Assembly (NCBI GenBank): GCA_964396655.1
Contig: CAYNFP010000001.1
Coordinates: forward strand, 135,448-199,447
Reading direction: 5' to 3'
From: an uncultured Muribaculaceae bacterium
GTDB taxonomy: Bacteria > Bacillota_I > Bacilli_A > RF39 > UBA660
DNA: 64,000 nucleotides
In this document: piece after piece, positions 19,854-29,845 of the stretch
Layout of the letters: every line of letters starts with the position of its first letter
How positions within the stretch are numbered: the stretch's first letter is position 1
The notes under the pieces: generated by a model
The model's database searches: none
Told to the model about the DNA's origin: nothing
What the model saw: the letters and a program-made list of their open reading frames with translations, nothing else
Translations under genes and position numbers: made by a program

Positions 19854-20597
19854 ATGAAAGATAAAATAGCTTTAGTAACTGGAGGAACATCTGGAATTGG
19901 CAAAGAAATAGTAAAAGAATTATTAAATGAAGGTTTAAAAATAATTATTGTTTATGGTCATAATGTGGATCAAATGAACAGTACAAAAAATGAATTTAAA
20001 GAATTTGAAAATAGCTTATTCTTTATACAAGGTGATGTTTCAAAAGAAAATGAAGTAAAAGAATTATTTGAAGAAGTTTCTAAAAGATATAATTGTTTAG
20101 ATTTTTTAATAAACAATGCTGGAACAAATGTGGATGAAGATATAGAAAATGCAAGTTTAGAAACTTATATGAAAGTTGTAAATACAAATTATATAGGAAA
20201 AATGTTATGTATAAAATATGCTACACCATTATTAAAAAAGTCATCATATGCTAGTATTATTAACATTGCTTCAAGTTTAGGAATAAAAGCAGATACAGAG
20301 TGTAGTGCTTATTGTTGCTCAGCCGCAGCAATTATAAAATTAACTGAGTGTGCTGCATTAGAATTATCTAAATACAATATAAGAGTAAATACTGTAAGCC
20401 CAGCATTTACACCAACACCACTTTCTTTAGCTGGTTGGACAGAAGAAGAAATAAAAGCAAAAAAAGAAAGAAATTCAAGGCACAGACTAGGAAAAGTAGA
20501 AGATATAGCAAATGTAGTATTATTTTTAATTTCTGATAAAGCAGATTATATAAATGGGGAAAACATAAGAGTAAATGGCGGTAGTCTTTTAAAATAG
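19854..20597 (+). CDS. short-chain dehydrogenase/reductase (SDR)
   Basis: TGGTSGIGKEI Rossmann motif, NNAG, and catalytic S...Y..xK (SAYCCSAAAIIK). Confidence 0.75.
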   Translation: MKDKIALVTGGTSGIGKEIVKELLNEGLKIIIVYGHNVDQMNSTKNEFKEFENSLFFIQGDVSKENEVKELFEEVSKRYNCLDFLINNAGTNVDEDIENASLETYMKVVNTNYIGKMLCIKYATPLLKKSSYASIINIASSLGIKADTECSAYCCSAAAIIKLTECAALELSKYNIRVNTVSPAFTPTPLSLAGWTEEEIKAKKERNSRHRLGKVEDIANVVLFLISDKADYINGENIRVNGGSLLK

Positions 20598-20606
20598 GAG
20601 GTTTAT

Positions 20607-21002
20607 ATGAAAATATCTACTAAAGGAAGATATGCTTTAAGAGTTATGATTGATTTAGCTATGAATAATAATGATGAATTTATATCTATTAAAGAGATAT
20701 CTGAAAGACAAGAAATATCTAATAAGTATTTAGAACAAATAATATCAAAATTAAATAAAGCTGGGTATTTAAAAACTGCTAGAGGTAATACTGGCGGATA
20801 TATGTTAGCAAAATCTCCTAAAGAATATAAGATAGGAGATATATTAAGAGTAACAGAAGGAAATTTATCTCCAATTAAATGTATATCAGAAATTACTTGT
20901 AATAGAAAATATAATTGTAAATCATATATTTTTTGGAAAGAGTTAGATGACATAATTGAAAATTATGTAGATAGTAAAACATTAGAAGATTTAATTAAAT
21001 AA
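20607..21002 (+). CDS. iscR: Rrf2-family transcriptional regulator, IscR-like (CX5CX5C cluster ligands)
   Basis: MKISTKGRYALRVMIDLA N-terminus and wHTH; cysteines KCISEITCNRKYNC have the CX5CX5C spacing of the IscR Fe-S cluster ligands. Confidence 0.7.
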   Translation: MKISTKGRYALRVMIDLAMNNNDEFISIKEISERQEISNKYLEQIISKLNKAGYLKTARGNTGGYMLAKSPKEYKIGDILRVTEGNLSPIKCISEITCNRKYNCKSYIFWKELDDIIENYVDSKTLEDLIK

Positions 21003-21014
21003 GGGAGGTTTATT

Positions 21015-21518
21015 ATGAAATTACAAAGAGGAAAATTTACAATTGATAATATTAAAGATTTAGACAAAGCAGAACTTGATCCTAAAGATGGTATAAGAAA
21101 AGTTATAGATTTAGATTATATGGGGCAATTTGAATATGAAGGAAATACTATTCCAATTTTAAGAATGTGGATGCAATATTATGGAGATAATTATGTATAT
21201 CAACCATTAAATGTATTTTCAAAAAATGGAAAGCAAATGTATGTTTTTTATGATTCTAATTCTATTACAGAAGAAGAAATAGAAAAGATAATTCAAAGAA
21301 AAATAGAGATAAATTATTCATTATATAGCTATATTAATTATCCAGATGAAGAATTTTATAGTGATTTTTGGTGGGATATTAATAGTGCTTATATGATTTT
21401 CTTTGGCGAAGAAAAGAAAGATTTAATTGAATATTTTCTAAATACCACTTTAGAACGAGATGGTGGTAAAGAAGGAATAAAAAGAAAATTAATTTCTAGC
21501 GGAATAAAATTAAAATAA
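21015..21518 (+). CDS. hypothetical protein
   Basis: 167-aa ORF with a GGGAGG Shine-Dalgarno, sitting between iscR and the nifS/iscU remnant. Confidence 0.4.
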   Translation: MKLQRGKFTIDNIKDLDKAELDPKDGIRKVIDLDYMGQFEYEGNTIPILRMWMQYYGDNYVYQPLNVFSKNGKQMYVFYDSNSITEEEIEKIIQRKIEINYSLYSYINYPDEEFYSDFWWDINSAYMIFFGEEKKDLIEYFLNTTLERDGGKEGIKRKLISSGIKLK

Positions 21519-21608
21519 AAGAATCCCAAAAGCGGATTTTTTTATTTGACTTAATAATAAACTAATTTTACAAGTCCTATTAGATTAGTATGAATTGGAG
21601 TGGCGATT

Positions 21609-21990
21609 ATGAATGACATATATTTAGACAATGCTGCGACTACAAAATTAGATTCAAAAGTATTAGAAGAAATGATGCCTTATTTAACAAAATGAATATG
21701 GTAATGCTTCTTCTATATGTAAACTTGGAAGGAATAATAGAAAATGCTTCAGGAGTAGGAGAGGTCGGAAATCCTGTTTGTTGAGATATATTAAAAATAT
21801 ATTTAAAAGTAGAAAATAATGTTATAACAGATGTTAAATTTAAAACGTTTGGTTGTGGAGTTGCAATTGCATCAAGCAGTATATCAACACAATTGATTAA
21901 AGGAAAAACAATAGAAGAAGCATTAAAAATAACTAATAAAGATGTTGTTGACTTTGTTGGGAAAAATAATATAATAATAGTTATTAATTA
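21609..21990 (+). pseudogene. cysteine desulfurase (iscS/nifS) N-terminus fused to an iscU C-terminal remnant; disrupted by stops and frameshifts
   Basis: Begins MNDIYLDNAATTKLDSKVLEEMMPYLTK then a stop; in another frame ...YGNASSI... (NifS-like). Further on, GNPVC*DILKIYLKVENNVITDVKFKTFGCGVAIASSSISTQLIKGKTIEEALKITNKDVVDFVG is IscU-like, with TGA replacing the conserved Gly of CGD. No intact ORF remains. Confidence 0.7.
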
Positions 21991-22010
21991 CGAAAGAAGG
22001 ATTTTAAATT

Positions 22011-23123
22011 ATGGTGCCAATAATAGTACCTTTTGTCCCATTTTCAAATACAACAATTGTTAACAAAACAATTGTTTATAGTGATACGGTTTTAAATATA
22101 AAAGAATTAGGGCAAAATTTAAGAGTTACAACAATTTCTGATGTTGGAGAATATTCTTTTGAAAGGTGTTTAAAAATAATTTTTGAAAGTAACCCAAATG
22201 TAATATTTAATACAATACAATATTCTAGAAGTGAAAATAAAGTATATTTTTATACAAATTCTGAGATTTCTACAAAAGCTTGGAATGATACAAAAATCAC
22301 AAAAACGGAATATTCAGCTCTTAATACTGAAGTGTTAGAAGATTTAAAACAATTATTTTTAAGTACTCCTAAAATAGGAGAAGATTATATATCAATATAT
22401 TCTTTAGGAGTGTTTTTAAAAGATAAATATTCTGAAATTCAAGGGGAAATAGATGAATTTAAATCGATTCTGGATGATAAAGCAAAAGAATTTATAGGAA
22501 AAGATTATACTTTTTTGATTAGTTTTGATTGGTCAACCCATGAACTATGTATTACCTTTGTTGATCATTATAGCTATAAAGATAAATCTTTAGACAGAGA
22601 TCATAAATATAGATTTAGTAAAAAAGATGGTGATTTATATATAACTCAATCAGAAAACGGATGGCTCTATAAAGATAAAATTATTCCTTATTTTGGAAAA
22701 GAATTATCTGATTTATATGATTTATTTATAAAAAACAAATACTTTTATACTGTAGATAAAAGCAGAATAAAATTAATTAATTCTGGATTTGCATTAATAA
22801 TTAATGATAGTTTTGTTTCTATATATATATCAAAGTCTGGTTATTTTTATAATGTTGAATTTTCATTATCTAAACATTATTGTTTTGATGAAGAAAGGTA
22901 TAATTGTGAATGTAATTCATACAATATATCTTCTTTATTAGCGGGGAAAGAAAAAGAATTATTAAGAAGGATATATGTAAAAATTGATGATTGTCCTGAA
23001 TGGATGAAACAAAGTTTACACGAAAGAAACCAAAAATATTTAGAACAAGAAAGAATATTAGCAGAGAAACAAGCAAAAAAAGAAAGAGTAAAAGTACGGG
23101 TAAGAAAGTTTTTCCATTTATAA
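22011..23123 (+). CDS. hypothetical protein
   Basis: 370-aa ORF with a basic C-terminal tail; no recognisable motif. Confidence 0.4.
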   Translation: MVPIIVPFVPFSNTTIVNKTIVYSDTVLNIKELGQNLRVTTISDVGEYSFERCLKIIFESNPNVIFNTIQYSRSENKVYFYTNSEISTKAWNDTKITKTEYSALNTEVLEDLKQLFLSTPKIGEDYISIYSLGVFLKDKYSEIQGEIDEFKSILDDKAKEFIGKDYTFLISFDWSTHELCITFVDHYSYKDKSLDRDHKYRFSKKDGDLYITQSENGWLYKDKIIPYFGKELSDLYDLFIKNKYFYTVDKSRIKLINSGFALIINDSFVSIYISKSGYFYNVEFSLSKHYCFDEERYNCECNSYNISSLLAGKEKELLRRIYVKIDDCPEWMKQSLHERNQKYLEQERILAEKQAKKERVKVRVRKFFHL

Positions 23124-23220
23124 AAAAATAAAACTTGTAATATATTTACAAGTTTTTTTATAAAGTTTGTTTTTATATTAATATTTGTTATAATGAGTAT
23201 ACTTAAAAAAGGAGAACTTT

Positions 23221-23922
23221 ATGAATTATAAAAATTTAAATATTCCAAATCATATAGCAATAATATTAGATGGTAATGGTAGATGGGCTTTATCAAGAGG
23301 ATTAACTCGTTTAGAAGGTCATGATGAAGGATTTAAAAGAGCAGAAGAAATAGCAGAATATGCTTTTGATAAAGGTGTTAAGGTTTTAAGTTTATTTGCA
23401 TTTTCTACAGAAAACTTTAAAAGAACAGAAAAAGAAGTCAATCATTTAATGGATATTTTTGCAAATATGTTTACAACTAGATTTAAAAAAATAGCTGAAA
23501 AAGGTATAAAAATTGTTGTATCAGGAAGTAAAGAAAATCTTTCGGATAACGTAATAAATGCAATAGATGAAATGACTCAAAAAACTAAAGAAAATAAAAA
23601 AGGCATTTTAAATATATGTATTAATTATGGAGGACGTTTAGAAATAGTTGATACATATAAAAAGATAATGAAAATGAATGTCAAAGAAGAAGATATTACT
23701 GAAGAATTTATAAGAAAAAACTTATATAATGATCTTCCTAATATAGATTTAATGATTCGTACTAGTGGAGAAGAAAGAATAAGTAATTTTATGTTATATT
23801 TACTTGCTTATGCAGAATTTTATTTTCCCGAAATTCATTGGCCAGATTTCACAAAAAAAGAATTTTATAAAGCAATATGTATTTATAATAAAAGAAATAG
23901 AAGATTTGGTAAAGAAAAATAA
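23221..23922 (+). CDS. uppS: undecaprenyl diphosphate synthase
   Basis: HIAIILDGNGRWA, FAFSTENFKR and other cis-prenyltransferase signatures. Confidence 0.9.
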   Translation: MNYKNLNIPNHIAIILDGNGRWALSRGLTRLEGHDEGFKRAEEIAEYAFDKGVKVLSLFAFSTENFKRTEKEVNHLMDIFANMFTTRFKKIAEKGIKIVVSGSKENLSDNVINAIDEMTQKTKENKKGILNICINYGGRLEIVDTYKKIMKMNVKEEDITEEFIRKNLYNDLPNIDLMIRTSGEERISNFMLYLLAYAEFYFPEIHWPDFTKKEFYKAICIYNKRNRRFGKEK

Positions 23923-23947
23923 GTGATATTTTCAATATCGTTTATAA

Positions 23948-24021
23948 GCCGAATTAGTTAAATGGTATAACAGGGCCATGGTAAGGCTCAGTTGGCAGTC
24001 CGATTCTGCCATTTGGCACCA
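23948..24021 (+). tRNA. tRNA-Thr (anticodon GGU), CCA encoded
   Basis: Acceptor gccgaat/atttggc (one G-U pair), D-arm gtta-aatggta-taac, anticodon arm gggcc-atGGTaa-ggctc, T-arm ggcag-tccgatt-ctgcc, then a-cca. Confidence 0.75.
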
Positions 24022-24157
24022 TAAAATCAAAGAGAATCATTCATTATATTTGGATGATTTTTTAATTTTAAAATATACTTGATTAAAATCAATGTTTTTT
24101 TTATATAAAAATAATGTATAATTTAATTAGTGTAATATATTGGAGGTATTTAAAATT

Positions 24158-25156
24158 ATGAATGAATCTCAAAAGAAAATTATAACCGAATTAATTAAAA
24201 TATATTCCCAAAAAGCAAATATTACTTCTCAAGATGTAATAGATAAAACTATTTTCGATTTAACCTCTAAAAGTCCAGATGAAGCTATAGATTCTATTTT
24301 GATTTCTTTGAATGAATTGATGCAAAAAGGTCTTATTAAACAAGAAGATATTTTTTCTCAAGCGGATTTAATATTTCAATTAAATCCTGAAAAGTATAAA
24401 ACAGTTGATGATTTAATAGATAGATTTAATTGGATTAGATCTATGAATTTAGAATATCCCATTATGTCATTATCACAAAATCATGAATTAATTTTAAGAG
24501 TTTTTCATAATTTTAATTTATTACTTCAAAATCAATTTGATTGTTATTATTTAGGTGGAGTAATGGGATATATAGCAACTAATAATAAATTAGAAAGATA
24601 TCACAATGATTTGGACTTATTTATAAACGAAGAGCAATTGCTTGCTTTAAAACAATTAGTAGATTCAAGTGAAGATTTTGAATTTGTGAGCGGAATGAAT
24701 GGCAAAAAAGGTTCTGGGCATGAGTATAAAATAATTTACAAAGGCACAGAGATGAGTATAGGGCTTTTCCTTTTTGAAAGAGGACCGGATCAAAGCATAA
24801 TTACCAAAGAATATTATTACGATGAAGATGGGGCTTTGTGTGTGGATGAACATCACTGTTCTAAAGAATATACTGAAATGACCTTTTCTAACCAAACAAG
24901 AGAATATAATGGCGCACCTTATAAGATGATGAGTTTAGAAAGTATATACAATTCAAAAAAATGTTCAAGGTTAAAAGACAAACGTGATGCAGAACTTTTA
25001 AAAGACTATGTTGATATGTTAAAAGATTATCAAATTGATGTTGAAAGAAGAAATAATTATGATGTTAAACATAAAAAATTAGATTCTTCAATAATTCATA
25101 CGATTGAAACTGAAATGGCTAGTCAATTATTACCTTCTAAAAATAGTATTTTATGA
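24158..25156 (+). CDS. nucleotidyltransferase-fold protein, lincosamide/aminoglycoside nucleotidyltransferase (Lnu/ANT)-like C-terminal domain with a roughly 120-aa N-terminal extension
   Basis: YYLGGVMGY...HNDLDLFI resembles the GG..G.....R..D.D NTase motif of Lnu(A). The start is moved to ATG 24158 because the ORF-track TTG at 24140 is actually the GGAGG Shine-Dalgarno. Confidence 0.45.
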   Translation: MNESQKKIITELIKIYSQKANITSQDVIDKTIFDLTSKSPDEAIDSILISLNELMQKGLIKQEDIFSQADLIFQLNPEKYKTVDDLIDRFNWIRSMNLEYPIMSLSQNHELILRVFHNFNLLLQNQFDCYYLGGVMGYIATNNKLERYHNDLDLFINEEQLLALKQLVDSSEDFEFVSGMNGKKGSGHEYKIIYKGTEMSIGLFLFERGPDQSIITKEYYYDEDGALCVDEHHCSKEYTEMTFSNQTREYNGAPYKMMSLESIYNSKKCSRLKDKRDAELLKDYVDMLKDYQIDVERRNNYDVKHKKLDSSIIHTIETEMASQLLPSKNSIL

Positions 25157-25207
25157 GTATTAAATAAAATAAAAATAATGTATAATTTATATTAAGGAGA
25201 ATAAAAA

Positions 25208-25771
25208 ATGAATAACAAATATGTAAAAGTAATGTTTGGAGATATGTCAGCAGCTAAAAATGGGTTTAAATACAAAGTAGATGAAGTAAATATTTCTGAA
25301 TATTGGAATCCAAAAGGAACTAACGCTAAAGAAATGGGAGGATTTAACTTTTCTACTGAAGATAAAATAATAAGATGGCTTGTAAGAGGCGATACAATGT
25401 ATGATGTTGTAATTCCTGAAGTTGCTGAAGTTGTGGAGTTAAAAGGACTTGATGTACCACCGGGTATATTTAGATCAAATAAAATAATCATTACAAATCC
25501 AAAACCAATAAATGATAATTTTGCTATGGAATTATATGAAAAATCAGATTTACCAGAAGATGTTTGCTTTAAAACAATCGCGGGTTGTGCAGTAAGAGGT
25601 TATATAAACACAGCAAAAAAAATTATAAGAGATAAAATTAACAAAAATAATATAGATATGGCTTTATCTGAATATAATGAATTTGTAACAAGATATGCAA
25701 AAGTTGATAATCGTGGAGTGGGAATTATACAAAGCATTTTAAATTCAATTAAAAATAATGAAAATCTGTAA
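25208..25771 (+). CDS. hypothetical protein
   Basis: 187-aa ORF preceded by an AGGAGA Shine-Dalgarno and the same aaaaataatgtataattta element that precedes 24158. Confidence 0.4.
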   Translation: MNNKYVKVMFGDMSAAKNGFKYKVDEVNISEYWNPKGTNAKEMGGFNFSTEDKIIRWLVRGDTMYDVVIPEVAEVVELKGLDVPPGIFRSNKIIITNPKPINDNFAMELYEKSDLPEDVCFKTIAGCAVRGYINTAKKIIRDKINKNNIDMALSEYNEFVTRYAKVDNRGVGIIQSILNSIKNNENL

Positions 25772-25830
25772 TCTATTTTACAGTTTTTTTATTTATAATA
25801 ATATGTTAAAATTTATATAGAGGAAAATAT

Positions 25831-26829
25831 ATGTTAATAAATAAAAACTTAATATCTAATTGCTTTCCTAATATTAGACTAATTGATATAACTCATAAAG
25901 ATGGTATAACTTCTCACTTATTGGTAGTTGAAGCCTGTCTGGAAAAAGGATTTAATTTCGGATATATGTTATACTTACCAAATGAAATTTATAATAATAG
26001 TAGCATTTATGTTAAATGTGCAAATAGTGGAATTAATAAAAATAATTTAGAGGAATCAAAAAAGGCTATTTTTGATAGTTCGTTTGATATTGATGCATTT
26101 GTTTATAATTTTTCAAGAGAATATTGTTTTCCAGTATTAAGGCCTTTGATTCCTAGAATTTGTAAAGATTCTAAATCTTTATATACTCATGCATTAAGTA
26201 GTGCAACTTATTTTACTGACGATGAATTATTTAAAAATTTAGATATTCAGTTAATTAATATGATAAAAGACGCTAAAGAAAAACTTGAATTATTGGGTTT
26301 ATTAATAGATTATAAAATAATAATAGAAGGATTTTCTGCAGCAGGAGTATTTGCAAATATATTTACTGTTTTGCATCCGGAGTTAATAAAGTTATGTATA
26401 GCTGGGGGAACTAATGGTAAGTTGATGCTTCCAATTAGTGAGTTAAATGGAAAAAAATTAATTTATCCAGTAGGGACTTATAATATTCCTTATTATAACG
26501 ATGAATATTTTGAAGAGTTTAAATCAGTTAGGCAGCTCTATTATTTAGGAAGTGAAGATCAAAGTGATTCTTTGGCTACCAAAGAAATAAATGGAGAATT
26601 ATTCCCTTTATATGGAGATGCATATACAAAAGAAGAAATGGATTTATTCTTTGAAATATACGGAAGAAAAATTAGTGATAGATGGTTAAAAACAATGCAA
26701 ATATATAATGGACTTGGAATAAATGCTGTATTTAAAACTTATGATGGATATTCACATACTGATGAACCAGCTATAGAAGATATAAAAGTAGAGTTATCAG
26801 ATTTAATTTCTAACATAAAGAGAATTTAG
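25831..26829 (+). CDS. alpha/beta-hydrolase-fold protein (putative esterase)
   Basis: GxSxG-type nucleophile elbow GFSAAG, followed by ...GGTNG... and a C-terminal H. Confidence 0.45.
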   Translation: MLINKNLISNCFPNIRLIDITHKDGITSHLLVVEACLEKGFNFGYMLYLPNEIYNNSSIYVKCANSGINKNNLEESKKAIFDSSFDIDAFVYNFSREYCFPVLRPLIPRICKDSKSLYTHALSSATYFTDDELFKNLDIQLINMIKDAKEKLELLGLLIDYKIIIEGFSAAGVFANIFTVLHPELIKLCIAGGTNGKLMLPISELNGKKLIYPVGTYNIPYYNDEYFEEFKSVRQLYYLGSEDQSDSLATKEINGELFPLYGDAYTKEEMDLFFEIYGRKISDRWLKTMQIYNGLGINAVFKTYDGYSHTDEPAIEDIKVELSDLISNIKRI

Positions 26830-26848
26830 ATAAGAAAGGAGTGAAAAT

Positions 26849-27304
26849 ATGGAAGATAAACCAAAGGTAATATCAGAATATGCTTATAATATTATGAGAA
26901 TATGTAAGTTAAATGGTTGTGATAGAATAAAAAATTTGCAAGAATATATAAAAGAAATATATTGGAATTCTTCTTACCTTACATATCCAGAATTATATAG
27001 TAATCTACTTGGTGTTGTATTAGAAATTTGTTCTGAACATGAAATAAAATGTATTTTGCAATATGACATACCAGAACGCTTTAGAAATAAAGTATATGAA
27101 AGTGGTAAATTTGATAGTTTACCAATTGATTATGAAGATTTATGTAAGGTTTTGATTACTAAGTTAACTTTTATACGTGTAAAAGAAAATGATGAATATT
27201 TGTTTTCTGTTAAAACAAAAAATTCTATTATGACAATTGATGATTATGAAAACAGCTCAAATAACGAAGTTGTGATAAGAAAGAGATTAAAATATAATGA
27301 ATAG
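26849..27304 (+). CDS. hypothetical protein
   Basis: 151-aa ORF overlapping the next gene by 8 nt (operon). Confidence 0.4.
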   Translation: MEDKPKVISEYAYNIMRICKLNGCDRIKNLQEYIKEIYWNSSYLTYPELYSNLLGVVLEICSEHEIKCILQYDIPERFRNKVYESGKFDSLPIDYEDLCKVLITKLTFIRVKENDEYLFSVKTKNSIMTIDDYENSSNNEVVIRKRLKYNE

Positions 27305-28325
27305 TTTTAGTAAAAAAGTAGGAAATATAACAATTACAATAGATTATAGAATTGAACTTCTTGGTATAATTATGCATATAAGCGACTATTCAAAAGAACT
27401 TCCTCATTTGTTTGTAGAGCATGAAAATAAATTTTATATGGATAGAATTAAAGAGAAATTTTTGAAATATAAAAATGAAGAGGTTGTAAAAATATTTGAT
27501 TCGCTTCTTATAAAACATAGTTTTTCATATGATGCTCCTTATGCTTTATTTTATGAATTAAATGAAGATTTTGAATGTAATAAATTGAGTGATTATGTAT
27601 TCAAAAGTAGGTTAGGCTCAGATGAATTAGTATATGAATTCATATCTAAATTAAAACCATTTGCTGAAAAAATAAATTTTGAAGAGTATTATAATTCTAA
27701 TAAAGAAGAATATTTAAAATATATAAATTCAATTGCGTCAGCTTTTGAGATGTATGATATATCAAAATTCCTTTTTTCTTATTATGGCTATGGTGAAGAT
27801 AAAAAGTTTTTTGTTAATCCGATTGCTTTTGCTAGTGATGGGGCTTTTGGAGTAATGCTAGAAGATGGAGCTATTTATTCTTCTATTCCGGTTTATAAAA
27901 ACAGTAAAAGAGAGAATTTATTTGATTATACTAGCAGAGAAAAATCAATAGTTAAAACATCAGTTCATGAATTTAGTCACGGATTTGTAAATAAAATTAA
28001 CGAAAAATATGGTTTAATAGATAATGATTCAAATATTTTTAGCAATATATTTGAAGTAATGAAAAAGAATGCTTATGGTAGTAATTACTCTATATTAAAT
28101 GAATTCATAATCAGAGCAATAGTTGCTAGATATATTTTAATTACATATAAAGATGAAGAGCATTATAAAAAAGAAATTGAAAGAACAAAAGAGTGGGGAT
28201 TCATTTATATAGATAATATAATTGAATCATTAATTGAGTATGAAAATAATAGAGACAAATATAAAACTCTTGATGAGTATTTTCCTATCATGGTTAATAA
28301 CTTAATAAATTATATTAAAAAGTAA
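27297..28325 (+). CDS. hypothetical protein with HExxH motif (putative zinc-dependent peptidase)
   Basis: SVHEFSHGF contains HEFSH (HExxH). Confidence 0.35.
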   Translation: MNSFSKKVGNITITIDYRIELLGIIMHISDYSKELPHLFVEHENKFYMDRIKEKFLKYKNEEVVKIFDSLLIKHSFSYDAPYALFYELNEDFECNKLSDYVFKSRLGSDELVYEFISKLKPFAEKINFEEYYNSNKEEYLKYINSIASAFEMYDISKFLFSYYGYGEDKKFFVNPIAFASDGAFGVMLEDGAIYSSIPVYKNSKRENLFDYTSREKSIVKTSVHEFSHGFVNKINEKYGLIDNDSNIFSNIFEVMKKNAYGSNYSILNEFIIRAIVARYILITYKDEEHYKKEIERTKEWGFIYIDNIIESLIEYENNRDKYKTLDEYFPIMVNNLINYIKK

Positions 28326-28457
28326 ATTATTTATAAATATAAAATAGTTTACTTTTTTTATTAATGAGTTATAATATTATGCTATTAAAGGGAGTTTTAA
28401 ATATAGATAAAAATTATAATTTGATGATATAATATATTTTAATGGAGGTTTTAGTTT

Positions 28458-29789
28458 ATGGGAAATAAATTTATCACTTATGCTGATTTAATAGAGATAT
28501 TAAATGATTTGATAGATGGTTTAAATAATGGCGATATAAAATTTTTGAACAGAAATGTTTTTGATTCTATTATAAAAGGGAATAATTTTAATCGTTTCAT
28601 ATTTTATAAACTTCAACAATATAAATGCATTGAAAATAATAATGCTGTTTTAAGACTTTTGAATGATCCGGATTTGTCTTCGCATAGTTGTATATATGAA
28701 ATTATGAATTTTATTAATGAAATTGGTCAGGAAACTGAATTAACTTTAGAGCAAAAGAATAAATTGGAGAGGTTAATTAAGGAAAATAATAATTTAGGTA
28801 ATTCATATAAAAAAATAGAGGAATTAAAATCTTTTATTGGAAACTATTTATTTGAGGAAATAAAACATGATATAGATTTAAATAATTATAGTGGAATAAT
28901 AAATTTATATAAATTAATGGTTGATAGAAATGGATTTTTAGATAATAAAGAAGTATTTAAAAAAATAGTTTCTTTAAAGGGTGATTATTTTAAATTGTGT
29001 TATAACATGGTTTATTTAGCTAGATTTGTAATAGGAGAGGAAGGCAAAAAGAATATAATTTATAAACAAATATTAGATGAACAATACGAAACATTATCTA
29101 TATTCTATGAACTATGTTTAGAAAATAATCCTTTTTTATCAAAGGTAAATAATTTACTTAAAGCCTATGAATCTGGTGAACTTGAATATGATTATGATTT
29201 ATTAAGTTCTTTGGTTTTAATATCAACAGAAGATTCTGAAGAAATAGATTATTATTCATATGAATATAATAGTAGTTATAATCAAAAATTTAATCTATTT
29301 TTAATAAGTAAAAAAGTGGAATTTAAAAATAAATTTAATATAATTAATTATGGAGAAATAAGATATAAAGAATTGCCAAATTATGTTTCTATGCCTACAA
29401 GAAGTCATGAAGAAGACGCTGGAGCGGATGTATATGCAACAAAAGATATTGTTTTGAATCCGGGAGATAGATATAAAATGCCTCTTGGTATTGCTATTGA
29501 AATTCCCGTTGGTTCTATGGCGGTAATATATACTAAAAGTGGGACATTCATAAAAGGATTAATTTCTTATGAACCACCTATTGATGCTGGTTATACTGGT
29601 GAAATTCATGCTTTACTTCATAATATAAATAATGAACCAATTATAATAAAAAAAGGTGATAAAGTGGGACAGTTAATATTGTTGCCGATATATTTGCCGA
29701 AATTTAAAAAAACAGAAGAAGAATTAATATCAGGAGAAAGAGGAACTGGAGGTTTTGGTTCTACCGGTGCATCTTTGATTAAGAAATAG
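28458..29789 (+). CDS. fusion protein: unknown N-terminal domain of about 290 aa plus a C-terminal dUTPase domain
   Basis: C-terminal dUTPase motifs AGADVYA, GxxDAGYTGEI and RGTGGFGSTG (motif V). The N-terminal 290 aa have no recognisable motif. Confidence 0.6.
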   Translation: MGNKFITYADLIEILNDLIDGLNNGDIKFLNRNVFDSIIKGNNFNRFIFYKLQQYKCIENNNAVLRLLNDPDLSSHSCIYEIMNFINEIGQETELTLEQKNKLERLIKENNNLGNSYKKIEELKSFIGNYLFEEIKHDIDLNNYSGIINLYKLMVDRNGFLDNKEVFKKIVSLKGDYFKLCYNMVYLARFVIGEEGKKNIIYKQILDEQYETLSIFYELCLENNPFLSKVNNLLKAYESGELEYDYDLLSSLVLISTEDSEEIDYYSYEYNSSYNQKFNLFLISKKVEFKNKFNIINYGEIRYKELPNYVSMPTRSHEEDAGADVYATKDIVLNPGDRYKMPLGIAIEIPVGSMAVIYTKSGTFIKGLISYEPPIDAGYTGEIHALLHNINNEPIIIKKGDKVGQLILLPIYLPKFKKTEEELISGERGTGGFGSTGASLIKK

Positions 29790-29845
29790 TAATAATTACT
29801 ATTTTTTTGTATGTTAAATATGTTAAAATTGTTTAGGAGACTATT

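Noticed and set aside
21780-21785. Possibility that the in-frame TGA in the IscU-like segment means the organism uses genetic code 4 (TGA=Trp)
   Set aside because: The codon replaces a universally conserved Gly (CGD). Long housekeeping ORFs (dnaE, pbp, der) are intact under code 11 with TGA used as stop. The pseudogene interpretation is therefore retained.
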